Source of the DNA: a virus
Lineage: Duplodnaviria; Caudoviricetes
Direction: 5' to 3' (one strand)
IMG/VR virus record: IMGVR_UViG_3300011862_000001
Coordinates: 172,910 to 236,909 of that record
DNA: 64,000 bases
Shown here piece by piece: positions 1 to 10,249 of this stretch; position 1 is the first letter of the stretch; every line of letters begins with the position of its first letter. The notes below the pieces were generated by a model that saw only the letters and a list, made by a program, of their open reading frames with translations, made no database searches and was not told the DNA's origin. The translations under genes were made by a program, and so were the position numbers.

Positions 1-1
1 G

Positions 2-517
2 GTACCGGTTGACCACACCATTACCTTCGCTGACACCTGCTTGGCGTTTATCGGTACTATCCCGGTTAAAATCGGTCCACGTCCTCAGGTCGGTGAGCGT
101 CTGAGCCTCGTCATTACCCAGCCGAAACTGGATGGCCTACATTACCCAGACGGTGCGTCGGCTAAAGGCCAGGCGTACATCTACTCCTACGGTGTGGATG
201 CAACCGCTATCGCCTCGTTCCTGAAAGTTCAGGCTCCGGGTATCGTGGTGAACGACACGGCGTTCTTTGCTGAACTGAACAAAATCGTGCCGGAACTGTG
301 GGTAGCAGAAGCAGAAGCTGCTGACTACAACCTGAAAGGGGCAGAGGTCATGTACAACGGTTCGACCACTGAACAAGTGGACGACGGTAAAGGCGGCACC
401 ATGCCGAAGCCGGTGGTGGGCGCGAACATGAACTACAACAGCATCATGCTGCTGAAGCTCAGCGACACCCTGTGCAGCAACTTCACCGGTACCTTGTACC
501 TGCATTACAACGCCTAA
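2..517 (+). CDS. Virion structural protein, paralog family, 5'-truncated by window edge
   Basis: Frame is open from position 2; C-terminal GTLYLHYN motif is shared with the next genes. Confidence 0.75.
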   Translation, partial: VPVDHTITFADTCLAFIGTIPVKIGPRPQVGERLSLVITQPKLDGLHYPDGASAKGQAYIYSYGVDATAIASFLKVQAPGIVVNDTAFFAELNKIVPELWVAEAEAADYNLKGAEVMYNGSTTEQVDDGKGGTMPKPVVGANMNYNSIMLLKLSDTLCSNFTGTLYLHYNA

Positions 518-525
518 CGGCAGCG

Positions 526-582
526 CCAGAGGGATGGGTTAGGCTCGTCCTAACCTGCCCTCTGGACCCTCTTACTTTTTTA
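526..582 (+). terminator. Long hairpin, probable intrinsic terminator or attenuator
   Basis: CCAGAGGG-atg-GGTTAGG-ctcgt-CCTAACC-tg-CCCTCTGG followed by a T-rich tract. Confidence 0.55.
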
Positions 583-602
583 GACCTGCCGAGGAGGCTA
601 CT

Positions 603-1439
603 ATGCCACTTTATAGTAAGTCTCAGCAACAGTTTCTGCTTGATGCGATTAATGCCATCACGCCTGGGGCGATATCGCCTGCCGATATGGAAAACACCAC
701 TTTCGGCTTGCCCAAAGCGATTGCAGCAGCGCTACCGGACTCACCCAATACCGAGATTACCCTGCGGGGTCGTCAAGGTCGCGGCTACACCGGTACGCAA
801 ACCTTTCGCTATCGTCGCCTGTCGCTGAATGACTTATTTAAGAACTTTGTGCCGCAGGTCACGGCACCCACCGCTTACGGATGGCTCACTACTGAGGCCA
901 AAAAGAAAGCGTTTGCCCAAAACCTTAACGGCCGTTACGGGTTAAACCTGGTGGCCGCAGATATCCCGGATCAGTTCGTACAGCTCAACGTGGAGAACAC
1001 CCTGGGAGTCCTCTCCAGTTGCCTTCAGTACACAGGCTCCATTACGTTTATGTCGATTCGTGGCAAGAACGATTTGGAAGAGCTGGTGCTTAACGATGTG
1101 CTGGACACGCTGAACCATCCGGTGGCAGTCGAAGATAAACTCTGTTTACCGCTGCTCAGTTACGGGTGGGACTTCACGGATGAACAACAGCTGATGTCCG
1201 GGTTCGTTAACGGCAGTCTGAGTGTAGGGGCGAATGCGACCAGTGGGCGTACTGACCAGTTGATGGCGCTGTTAGTCGAACGCGGTATTCCAAGCTTTGA
1301 CCCAACAGGTGCGCGCATTACCCGTTACCTGACCACCGCTGAAACGCGTGCTAACACCCGCTATGATAACGTGCTGGTGATTACGGGTATCCGTGATGTG
1401 AATGTCGCGGGCGACTGCCTGCTTCACTACAATAATTAG
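603..1439 (+). CDS. Virion structural/tail-associated protein (NT..G..G.GY.G...Y.RL.L family)
   Basis: GAGGAGG RBS; family N-terminal module; ends GDCLLHYNN. Confidence 0.8.
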   Translation: MPLYSKSQQQFLLDAINAITPGAISPADMENTTFGLPKAIAAALPDSPNTEITLRGRQGRGYTGTQTFRYRRLSLNDLFKNFVPQVTAPTAYGWLTTEAKKKAFAQNLNGRYGLNLVAADIPDQFVQLNVENTLGVLSSCLQYTGSITFMSIRGKNDLEELVLNDVLDTLNHPVAVEDKLCLPLLSYGWDFTDEQQLMSGFVNGSLSVGANATSGRTDQLMALLVERGIPSFDPTGARITRYLTTAETRANTRYDNVLVITGIRDVNVAGDCLLHYNN

Positions 1440-1451
1440 GAATGAACACGA

Positions 1452-2336
1452 ATGGCTATTTATCAACCCGCGAAAGACGTTATTCTGGCCGCGGTTAACG
1501 CCCAGAACTCGCTGAGCATTAAGGCCACTGACGTGGTGTTCAGTGCACCGAAAGATATCCGTGGTACCGATAAAGGCACCATCACGGGTAAGAATACCCA
1601 AATCAAACTGACCGCAGCGCCGGTAGGCTCTGGTTGGTCAGGTAAGAAGAACGTGACCTATAACCGTTTAGACCTTGCTGATTTAGTGACCCTGATAGGC
1701 GACACGCTTATCATGGGTTCCTCGGTGCAGATGTTGCACGACGGTTTGATTGGTCTTAACAACCGCTACGGCTTTATCTTCGATACCGGGGATTTAGACA
1801 ACACCGAAGTCGAGTGGGCATCGGAGGGCGCAACCGGTAAAGTCATGCTGCGTGCGAAAGCAGACAGTGTGGGTTGGATTGGTGCGTACAACTTCAATGT
1901 TAAACGTGGCGATGAATCGTTGGAATCGGCAGTCACCACCAATGTCCTCTCGGGCCTCAAATACCCGAACGGTCAGATGGGCTCCGAAACACCGACTGCG
2001 ATTATGGCACAGGTGTACTCTTACCCGTACAACTTCACCGCGTACCGCGACCAGTTGTTGGCAATGGCACCTCAGGTATTGACCGGTCAGGTTTTGACCG
2101 ACATCACCAATATCCTGAAAACCGTCACGGGTGCCGCATGGCTTGCCACCACCTCCGCAACGTGGGGCTTGGCAGACGGCCGTATCCTGAGCGTCGGGCT
2201 CAACGATCCGATTACCATGCCGACCAACGCCAAGTACAAGTACGTCATGGTTATTCAGTTGCCAGCGGCTACCACCAACATCACCGGGAACCTGTACTTG
2301 CAGTTCAACGACCCGGAAAACCCGTCTGAGGTGTAA
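1452..2336 (+). CDS. Virion structural/tail-associated protein, same family
   Basis: KNT...GWSGKKNVTYNRLDL; ends GNLYLQFN. Confidence 0.8.
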   Translation: MAIYQPAKDVILAAVNAQNSLSIKATDVVFSAPKDIRGTDKGTITGKNTQIKLTAAPVGSGWSGKKNVTYNRLDLADLVTLIGDTLIMGSSVQMLHDGLIGLNNRYGFIFDTGDLDNTEVEWASEGATGKVMLRAKADSVGWIGAYNFNVKRGDESLESAVTTNVLSGLKYPNGQMGSETPTAIMAQVYSYPYNFTAYRDQLLAMAPQVLTGQVLTDITNILKTVTGAAWLATTSATWGLADGRILSVGLNDPITMPTNAKYKYVMVIQLPAATTNITGNLYLQFNDPENPSEV

Positions 2337-2339
2337 TCC

Positions 2340-3176
2340 ATGCTGAACTACTCCAAACCGTCTAACGTGCTGGTGTTTGATTTAATCAACTTGGCTAACC
2401 CGGGGCTACCTGCCTCGATTAATGCCGACAACTGTACGGTAGAGAAAATCGTTGAAATGACACCGGGGCCGGCGAGTAACTTTCGCAATACCAGTGCCCG
2501 TATTCGTGGGGTGCAGGGTTCCGGTTTTCGTGACAGTATCACCGTCTATTACGACCGTGTGAAGCTGCCTACGTTACTGCCGTTTGGTAACTCAGCTATC
2601 CGTGATGCCGCAGCCTTTACCACCTTTACGGCGGCAAACGTGCATGCTGCACTCTCGGCTATCAATGAAACCTACGGGTTGAACTTCGGTACCATGGATG
2701 TGGTGAATGCCGCTATCGGTGGGGCAGGGGTGGCCAATAACATGACCACCATTGCACTCACTGCGACGGTTAACTCACCGGCGTATACCGGCAGTGCCAG
2801 CATTACCTGTAAACGTGGTTTACCGGTGCTTGACACCTCGGTGGTCGTTGATGTGTTAGACACCCTGAAGCATCCGATTGAGCCGAGTTTGCAGAAGAAA
2901 TCCATCAGCTTGTTGACGTATGGCATTGACTTCACCGCCTACAAAAACTTGCTGGCAGTCGACGCTTCTGGTCTGCCGCAGTGGGCGGGCTTGCGTGCGC
3001 TGCTGGATGAGCTCGGTATCCCGGCATACGACGGTCCGCTTAACAGCAACACCGTACAAGACGTCCCGACCTCAACGGCGCAGTACGCCAACAAAGCGTT
3101 TGACCGCGTGGTGATTCAAACCGGCATTGATAATGGACAAGTAAAAGGCCAAGCCTACTACCATTATAACAGTTAA
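2340..3176 (+). CDS. Virion structural/tail-associated protein, same family
   Basis: RNT..IRGVQGSGF..VYYDRVKL; ends GQAYYHYNS. Confidence 0.8.
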   Translation: MLNYSKPSNVLVFDLINLANPGLPASINADNCTVEKIVEMTPGPASNFRNTSARIRGVQGSGFRDSITVYYDRVKLPTLLPFGNSAIRDAAAFTTFTAANVHAALSAINETYGLNFGTMDVVNAAIGGAGVANNMTTIALTATVNSPAYTGSASITCKRGLPVLDTSVVVDVLDTLKHPIEPSLQKKSISLLTYGIDFTAYKNLLAVDASGLPQWAGLRALLDELGIPAYDGPLNSNTVQDVPTSTAQYANKAFDRVVIQTGIDNGQVKGQAYYHYNS

Positions 3177-3180
3177 TACC

Positions 3181-3207
3181 AGGCCCTTCGGGGCCTTTTT
3201 CTTTTTT
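3181..3207 (+). terminator. Rho-independent terminator
   Basis: AGGCCC-TTCG-GGGCCT followed by a T run. Confidence 0.85.
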
Positions 3208-3219
3208 GAGGATGTTGCA

Positions 3220-4530
3220 ATGATCAATTACAACAAGCCCACGGCCCAGCTGGTCTGGGATCAGATTAATCGCGATAACCCAGGCCTGGCAAAACCGCTG
3301 AATGCGAATAACGTGGGTGTATTGCAAGGTCCTTTAACCAGCGGGTTACAAGGCAACCGTAATACCAAGCTGATTATCACCGGGCTACCGGGCAGTGGTT
3401 ATAGCGGTAAGCAAAGCATCTACTACGACCGCCTGGCGTTGCAGTCCTACGCCCGTAATTTCGTACCCATAAAAGTCCCTTACCGGGCCACCAAGATGCG
3501 TGAGGTGTTGCCCGCGTTCAACGAGGCAGTAGGGTTGCAATTAACGGTTGACGACATCGCCAACCCTGATGCGATATTCGCACCCGTGACGACCGGCAGC
3601 GGCAACCTGATACTGACGATAAATGCCAATTCCTTATCGTTTACCGGGTCACTGTATGTTAACTGGACACGAATGGCACCGAGTCTTGCAGACATTTACA
3701 CCAAACCGCAAATCGACTTATGGCCAGCGCTTGACGGGCACACCAAAATTTATAATACCGATTTCACACCCTACTCGTCTGTCCTCACCGCACTGGCGTC
3801 AGGCTCGGTGTTAAAGTCCAGCCTCGGGACCAATGTCACGAATTTGATAAACGTGATTAAACGTTGGGCACTTGTACCGGTCACGGTGGGAACGACACCC
3901 TCTGGCGCACCGCTTGATTTGACAGACTGGGTCCTGACAAAAATCACACCCAGCACGGGGGTACCGGATGCCAACCCGCTCTACTCTAACGCCGTGGTAC
4001 TTACACCGCCTATCACCTCAGCGCATCAACGGCCGTTGTACTTGCATTACGGTAGACGCGATGGCAAAACCACTTACGCGCAAGAAGCTGACTTGCTGCG
4101 CTATATTGCCCTTCAGGGCTACGACCCAGAAGGGCCGATGATAGGCGGGCCGGGAAGTGGTAGCGTGTGGCGCTCCGTATTACCGACTACACCACAGCCA
4201 AGTGATTACATGTGGGGTTCACCGTGGGGTCAGTTTGTGGCGGCGGGTTATTGGTCACGTATTTGTCAGCACGCTTTTCCAACCCTTGCCATGTTCCAGG
4301 ACAGCGTACAGGCCAAACGTCGTGTACTGGTGCAGTACAATAATGAAACGGGCGCGAATACCAAAATTATCGGCACAGACCGTAATGGTTACTTAAGCGA
4401 AACCGTCACAATAAACGGATGGCGACGCGTTACAGGATTTATCTATTACGACACCACGACTGGTGGTTACATGACGGTCAACCCCTTTACCATGAGTGCG
4501 GCGACTGCCTGGTATCCACCTTATGCTTAA
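3220..4530 (+). CDS. Tail-associated protein, cassette A gene 1
   Basis: Family N-terminal module plus C-terminal GSP..H..P..YYD domain; paralog of 6689-8008. Confidence 0.75.
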   Translation: MINYNKPTAQLVWDQINRDNPGLAKPLNANNVGVLQGPLTSGLQGNRNTKLIITGLPGSGYSGKQSIYYDRLALQSYARNFVPIKVPYRATKMREVLPAFNEAVGLQLTVDDIANPDAIFAPVTTGSGNLILTINANSLSFTGSLYVNWTRMAPSLADIYTKPQIDLWPALDGHTKIYNTDFTPYSSVLTALASGSVLKSSLGTNVTNLINVIKRWALVPVTVGTTPSGAPLDLTDWVLTKITPSTGVPDANPLYSNAVVLTPPITSAHQRPLYLHYGRRDGKTTYAQEADLLRYIALQGYDPEGPMIGGPGSGSVWRSVLPTTPQPSDYMWGSPWGQFVAAGYWSRICQHAFPTLAMFQDSVQAKRRVLVQYNNETGANTKIIGTDRNGYLSETVTINGWRRVTGFIYYDTTTGGYMTVNPFTMSAATAWYPPYA

Positions 4531-4544
4531 AAGGTAATACATCT

Positions 4545-6665
4545 ATGCCGTTTATTCCAGACTTAAGAGACGCGGTGGTGCGTGCACTGAACCGCATTAA
4601 TAAACCGGCACAATCCGCCGTGCTTGCTGATGTGAAAGTTATCGGGGTGACGCCTTACGCCGGTGAGCGTTTAGATGTCACGATTACGGGCAATCAAAAC
4701 CAACCCACGTACGGGGAGTACACCACCCAGCTTAAACGGCAGAATATCGCCGATTACTTCGCTGCGGTAGGGCCGTTGAAAGTACCGACCAGTGCGACAC
4801 TGCACATTCTGCTGCCTCGTTTGCAACAGTCGGTTGGGTTTACCATGACCACAGACGACTTTGAAGACACACCGATAACCTGGGTGGATGGCAAAGCACA
4901 AGTGACCTTCACTGCCAAACCCGGCAGTGTGTTCTGGTACGGCAGTGCGACAGCAACGCTGTTGGATGGCGACCTCGACATGAGTGTGGCGTATTTAGCC
5001 CAAGCAGTGACGGTCGGCTCGAATATCACTAACCTCGACCAGTTGATAACCTACTATGGCGTCTCCGCTCGCCGGGCGGTTGATCTCGAGCGAGTCGAAG
5101 TCACCGGACCGTTTACGCTGGAAGAGGCCGGGTTAACCAACGCCAGCTATAACTCGGTCATAATTCTCACAGCCAAACCGTTCTCGGGGTTCAAAGGCTC
5201 ACGCACGGTCTTCTTTAACCGCTTTAACCTCGCCACCGCAGAAGGCAAGACCACCCTTACCCCGGATGATTTTACCGGCAATACCCGTGATGCGTTATTG
5301 ACAGAAACACTGGGGATGGGGACGGCGGTACCGGTTGTTGACATTCGTGACGATGTTCTGCCTGACGGCTGGCCTAAAACCACCAAACTGGTGGCGATGC
5401 GACAGTCCGTGAGGGTCTTCGGGGAAGCCAACGTTACCGTAAAACGCTTTATGGATGACGCCAAAGTCATCAATGTGACCATCGGCAGTGGCGTATATGC
5501 TTACAGCGATGCCACATGGGATTTTTACGTCTACAACAAATACCCGTCGGCGGGACGGATCACGATTAACGTTAACGTCGCAGCCGACGCATTGATGTTT
5601 GCATCAACCAACACCAACCACGCGATACCCATTAAACGTATGCCGACCGTCGGTGATGTGATTTGGAATATCGTTAACCGAGGAATTATCTCAGGACGCG
5701 GTGGCACAGGACAGGCAAACGGCGTAACGCCTGTGAAGGCGACCGATGGGATTAATATTGCCGCTGACTTCAAGGGCGTGGTCAATATTGAGAACTACGG
5801 GCTTATCGCCGGTGGCGGGGGTGGAGGTGACGCACAGGGCTATCCTGGGTGTATCATCCCGGGGAACGGTGGTGTACCTTCCGGTGATGCGGGGTCGGGT
5901 GACTATAATGCGCCAGGCCAAGTGGGTGGACAGAAGGTTCCGGCACCGGAAGTGTATTTGACCGGCTCTGATGGCAAGAAGTATTTCAATGGTGCAGGTG
6001 GGGGCTTTGGTCAACCGGGTAAACACGCGCGGTTCGAGTCGTATACCAACGGGGTTCTCAAAAGTGCCTCCGAAGGGACGAGTCCGTATACCATGCCCGG
6101 ACAACCGGGTGCGTCTATCGGTGGGCAACTGGCAGCGGTTAAGTGGATAGCTGAAGGTACCACGATGCCACCGGCTAAAAAACCGTATGCCGATTTCCTG
6201 GACTACCTGTCAACGCTTTCGACTACTGCGCTTATCGATAGCGACAATATGTCGCGTGTCAGTACGCTGCCGGTGGTGGTACAGATGTACGGCGGTAGCA
6301 TTTCCAATAACTGGAAGCAATCTATCACCACCAAAAATGCGTTGTATGGTTCACCGTTCAAAGGGCCGGTTCTGGTGCGTCCAGAGTGTATGTTGTTTGC
6401 GGTTATCTCACACTGCTTCCCACATCCGGACCCGTTGTACGACAACTACTTTACCAGCCGCAAGGTATTGATGTATCTCAGTGATGCAGGTAGTGCAAGT
6501 TCACCCACTCCGATTTATCGTAACTACATCAACAGCCTTGGCTCTGCGGAGTTTCCTGCGAAGCGGGTGGATAAATTCGTTTACTACGATGGCTTTAAAG
6601 GCATGATGATGGAATGCAACCCGTTCTTGGGCACCGATCCGGTACCTTGGGTACGACCAAGCTGA
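4545..6665 (+). CDS. Putative receptor-binding/tail fibre protein with gp38-like glycine-rich adhesin segment, cassette A gene 2
   Basis: Start reassigned to MPFIPDL (AAGGT RBS); NRGIISGRGG...IENYGLIAGGGGGG; paralog of 8018-10225. Confidence 0.7.
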   Translation: MPFIPDLRDAVVRALNRINKPAQSAVLADVKVIGVTPYAGERLDVTITGNQNQPTYGEYTTQLKRQNIADYFAAVGPLKVPTSATLHILLPRLQQSVGFTMTTDDFEDTPITWVDGKAQVTFTAKPGSVFWYGSATATLLDGDLDMSVAYLAQAVTVGSNITNLDQLITYYGVSARRAVDLERVEVTGPFTLEEAGLTNASYNSVIILTAKPFSGFKGSRTVFFNRFNLATAEGKTTLTPDDFTGNTRDALLTETLGMGTAVPVVDIRDDVLPDGWPKTTKLVAMRQSVRVFGEANVTVKRFMDDAKVINVTIGSGVYAYSDATWDFYVYNKYPSAGRITINVNVAADALMFASTNTNHAIPIKRMPTVGDVIWNIVNRGIISGRGGTGQANGVTPVKATDGINIAADFKGVVNIENYGLIAGGGGGGDAQGYPGCIIPGNGGVPSGDAGSGDYNAPGQVGGQKVPAPEVYLTGSDGKKYFNGAGGGFGQPGKHARFESYTNGVLKSASEGTSPYTMPGQPGASIGGQLAAVKWIAEGTTMPPAKKPYADFLDYLSTLSTTALIDSDNMSRVSTLPVVVQMYGGSISNNWKQSITTKNALYGSPFKGPVLVRPECMLFAVISHCFPHPDPLYDNYFTSRKVLMYLSDAGSASSPTPIYRNYINSLGSAEFPAKRVDKFVYYDGFKGMMMECNPFLGTDPVPWVRPS

Positions 6666-6688
6666 CCGCCAGGCGATGAGGATTAAAC

Positions 6689-8008
6689 ATGGCGTTATAT
6701 TCAAAAAGAGCCTTTGGGCTTATTTGCGAACAGGTGAACCGGGATAACCCCCAACTGGCTGTACCGGTAAGTGAACGCAACATCACCTTGCTACAAGGTC
6801 CTTTCAGTACCGCCATGGAAAAAGGGCGTAATACCCGCGTGGTGGTAAACGGAATACCGGAAGGGGGCTACAGTGGCAAACAAACCCTGTACTACGACCG
6901 GTTAAACCTGACGCAACTGTTTAAAGGAATCCCCATTCCCGTCACAGTTCCGTTTAGGGCACAACGTTACCGGGAGATTGTCACGCAGCTCTCAGAAGCC
7001 TGTGGGTTGTCGCTCTCCGTGGAAGACCTGGGTTACCCGGACAGCGTGTTTGATGCAGCGAATTTAGCAACAGGACAACGCACGGTACAGATTCATGCCA
7101 ACAGTGCGGCGTTTGCCGGTTCTATCACGATAAACTTTACCCGTGATAATCCGTTGTTGACAGATTTGTACCAGGTTACCGAGACCAGCGCGTGGGAATC
7201 ACCGGATATCTACACTCGGGTTTACCAACTCGACTGGACGCCGTATATGCAGTCGACGCTGTCGTATCTGCCGCTCGGTACACCGATATACAGTGGTATC
7301 AACAGCTATATAGCCAACTGCGTTAAAGCGTTGCGAGCGTGGACAGGGATACCCTTTACCTTAAGCTCAGCGATGAACGACAGTCCCTACGAGTTGTTCG
7401 GCTATGTCGTCACCCGGGAAAACAACCCCGGGCTCGACCCGGATATGCGCGGTGAGTTTGCTATCTGCTTTAAGTTCACCCCACCGGCTGCGTACGGTAT
7501 GTTGCGCCAACCCTTCTTTTTGCACATGAGTCGCAAGGACAACACCAAGTACCTCACGCAGGAAGAAGACTTACGTCGCTATGTCAACTGGATGGGATTT
7601 TTGCCGAACAGTAAAACGGATTTACATGCTGATGACTGTAACCGCTATGTGTTCATGGAAGCTCTCGCCCCGATTGGCAGTGACGTGATGTACGGCTCAC
7701 CGTACAAGAACCGAATGGCCATGGGTAAGTTGTCGCGTATGATTCAACACGCGTATCCCACCCAAGCAGACTGGGAATCAGCACTGGCTGCCAAACGTCC
7801 GGTTTTATTCATCATGGGTAACCAGATTTATAGCAGCTCCACCATGCGCTCGGGTCTTAACCGCAACGGTTACCAGAGTCTTGGTTTGAATGATGTGCGC
7901 TCGTTCTGGTGTACCGAGTTTATTTACTACGACGTGGCGAAAAAAGGCTACATGACCTGGAACCCCGATAGCGCGACAACGCCTGTGGCGTGGTATCCAC
8001 CGATATAA
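6689..8008 (+). CDS. Tail-associated protein, cassette B gene 1
   Basis: Colinear with 3220-4530 (NRDNP, LQGP, RNT, GYSGKQ..YYDRL, terminal AWYPP). Confidence 0.75.
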   Translation: MALYSKRAFGLICEQVNRDNPQLAVPVSERNITLLQGPFSTAMEKGRNTRVVVNGIPEGGYSGKQTLYYDRLNLTQLFKGIPIPVTVPFRAQRYREIVTQLSEACGLSLSVEDLGYPDSVFDAANLATGQRTVQIHANSAAFAGSITINFTRDNPLLTDLYQVTETSAWESPDIYTRVYQLDWTPYMQSTLSYLPLGTPIYSGINSYIANCVKALRAWTGIPFTLSSAMNDSPYELFGYVVTRENNPGLDPDMRGEFAICFKFTPPAAYGMLRQPFFLHMSRKDNTKYLTQEEDLRRYVNWMGFLPNSKTDLHADDCNRYVFMEALAPIGSDVMYGSPYKNRMAMGKLSRMIQHAYPTQADWESALAAKRPVLFIMGNQIYSSSTMRSGLNRNGYQSLGLNDVRSFWCTEFIYYDVAKKGYMTWNPDSATTPVAWYPPI

Positions 8009-8017
8009 GGTACTGTT

Positions 8018-10225
8018 ATGCCGTACACACCTGATTTAGTGAAAACGGTTATTGATTCGCTTAACCGTAAAAACGTGGCGACGCTTGCAAAAGTAAAGAT
8101 TGACCCGGTCAACATTCAGTTGGTGTCGGTGGTCTATCGTGATGAAACCACCTTAGACGTGACCGTGGCCGGGAAAGGGCCGATTGCCAGCTATGGGCAA
8201 GTCACTGCTCAGGTAAAAAAGCAAAGCATCGCCAGCTATTTTACCGCCATCCCGGTCAGCAAGCTACCACCGCGCACCACGGTACATGCTTTGCTGCCGG
8301 ACCTTCAGCAGATACTGGGTCTCACATTCTTACCCCAAGACTTTGTTGACCTGCCGATTAACTGGCAAGACGGCCAAGCGGTCATCACCTTCCAAAGCAC
8401 ACCCACCAGTTTATTCTGGTACGGGACTGCCGACGTTACCGTCGTCAGTTCGGAAGTGGATATCGCGACCGTCTTTACCATTACCTCGCTTACGGTCAGC
8501 GCGAAGAGCTGCACCCGTGCGGAGTGGATAACGCAATTAGAAACCGCCGCTAAGCGGCTGGTTGATGAAAGCAAAATCACTGTCAGTGCGCCGATGACCT
8601 TAGCCGAAGCGGGGGTCACTAATGCCTCGTTCAACACCGTGATTCGTCTTACCGCCAAACCGAACAGCGGCTATACGGGCACCAAAGACATCTTCTATAA
8701 CCGGGTTGACCTCAACCAGTTTAAAGGACTGCCTACGGCGGTGCCGGATGACTTTACCGGTACGATCGTTGATGCGCTCGCCATTGATAACATCGGCATA
8801 CGACCGGTGCTGTCTTTAGACGAGCTGGACATGGGGCCCATTACTGGTGACTGGCCGAAGCAAGCGACCATCTCGGCTAAACCGGGCTCGTATAAAACGT
8901 TCGGTACAGCGGCGATATCCGTGATTCGCTACGGCGATAGCGTGCAAACGCTTACCATCACGGCGGCGACGGCGATGGAGTTTAACGCTGCGTACTGGAA
9001 ATCCTTGATAGATAACCGTGCACGTTGCGGACGGTTGTTGATGAACATCACGATAAACCAGAATATCTCCGTGTGGAATGATACCGTTAGCAACGCTACT
9101 CTGGAGCTCAAAGAGTTCCCACAGATTGGTGAGATAATCTGTACTATCGTTAACCGTGGCAACTTCTGTGGCCGAGGCGGCAACGGGGCGAGCTACGCCA
9201 CCCCTCTCGGTGGTGCCGATGGCGGGACGGCTATTTCAATTAGCGATAACTTCCGCGGCAAGCTTATCATCGATAACTACGGCACCATCGCCGGCGGCGG
9301 TGGAGGTGGCGAAATGTGTTTGATGGGCTCCTATGCAGTAAGCGGTGGGGGCGGTGCACCGCGTGGTACGTCCCCGGCTCCAGGACTCGGTACCTACCAA
9401 GCGACCAGTCAGAATGCTTCTGATACCTTCGGTGGCAACCCGTCGTTACTCACTTATAATGGGTCGGGTTACCGACAAGATTATGTCGGTGGTCGTGGGG
9501 GTGATATCGGTAAACCGGGTCAAGTCGCGCTGATGAACTCCTACAACACCCCCGGGGGTAATCTGCTATTTACCGGGAGCACGCTTGCAGGTTATTCCTT
9601 TAGGATACCAGGGCAACCCGGTAAAGCGATTGCCGGTAAGCTTGACAAAGTCACCTGGTTGAATAAAGGCACGGTGTTGCCGCCGGTGGTCGATGAGTAT
9701 CAGGAATTCTTAGCCTACCTCGAAACCTTGAGTGCCACCCGCTTAGGTAACACGGACGTCTTTAGCGCCTTTAACGGGAAAAGCACGGCGGTGGTAGTCG
9801 AGCTGGCGGGGTTTGTCAACGGGACGCGTACTGCACCGAGTACCAACTCAGGGGATTATCTGTACGGGGCTCCGTGGGGCGGTCCTTTCGCGCTGGACGA
9901 CACTCGCGCACTGGCGTTGTTGTGGCATTGTATGCCGAAGTTGGAGACGATGTTTGATAACTTCTTCCTTAACCGTAAAGTGTTGATAGAACTGGCCCCC
10001 GAAGCCATGGGTGCAGTAGGGTCTGACCTGCGCAACGCCCTTCAGTCACGATCGAATGGCTCGCAGGTTAAGCGGGGCAGCGTGGTGCGCTGCGTCTACT
10101 ACGATGCATTCCTCGGCAAGATGATGCAAACGAAACCGAAGACACTAGGTAACGACCAACCTTGGGTACGTCCACCGAAACTTCTCTCTGCGCTTAACGG
10201 CGAGCTCGACGGGTTTATTTCGTAA
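8018..10225 (+). CDS. Putative receptor-binding/tail fibre protein with gp38-like glycine-rich adhesin segment, cassette B gene 2
   Basis: NRGNFCGRGGNG...IDNYGTIAGGGGGG; colinear with 4545-6665. Confidence 0.7.
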   Translation: MPYTPDLVKTVIDSLNRKNVATLAKVKIDPVNIQLVSVVYRDETTLDVTVAGKGPIASYGQVTAQVKKQSIASYFTAIPVSKLPPRTTVHALLPDLQQILGLTFLPQDFVDLPINWQDGQAVITFQSTPTSLFWYGTADVTVVSSEVDIATVFTITSLTVSAKSCTRAEWITQLETAAKRLVDESKITVSAPMTLAEAGVTNASFNTVIRLTAKPNSGYTGTKDIFYNRVDLNQFKGLPTAVPDDFTGTIVDALAIDNIGIRPVLSLDELDMGPITGDWPKQATISAKPGSYKTFGTAAISVIRYGDSVQTLTITAATAMEFNAAYWKSLIDNRARCGRLLMNITINQNISVWNDTVSNATLELKEFPQIGEIICTIVNRGNFCGRGGNGASYATPLGGADGGTAISISDNFRGKLIIDNYGTIAGGGGGGEMCLMGSYAVSGGGGAPRGTSPAPGLGTYQATSQNASDTFGGNPSLLTYNGSGYRQDYVGGRGGDIGKPGQVALMNSYNTPGGNLLFTGSTLAGYSFRIPGQPGKAIAGKLDKVTWLNKGTVLPPVVDEYQEFLAYLETLSATRLGNTDVFSAFNGKSTAVVVELAGFVNGTRTAPSTNSGDYLYGAPWGGPFALDDTRALALLWHCMPKLETMFDNFFLNRKVLIELAPEAMGAVGSDLRNALQSRSNGSQVKRGSVVRCVYYDAFLGKMMQTKPKTLGNDQPWVRPPKLLSALNGELDGFIS

Positions 10226-10249
10226 TTAACTTTAAGGAGTAACGATACC

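Noticed and set aside
4419-4544. ORF-track N-terminal extension of the 748-aa ORF (similarly the starts at 17719, 21489, 53469, 55108, 59321, 60735)
   Set aside because: The extensions overlap upstream genes; downstream starts have RBSs or match paralog N-termini.
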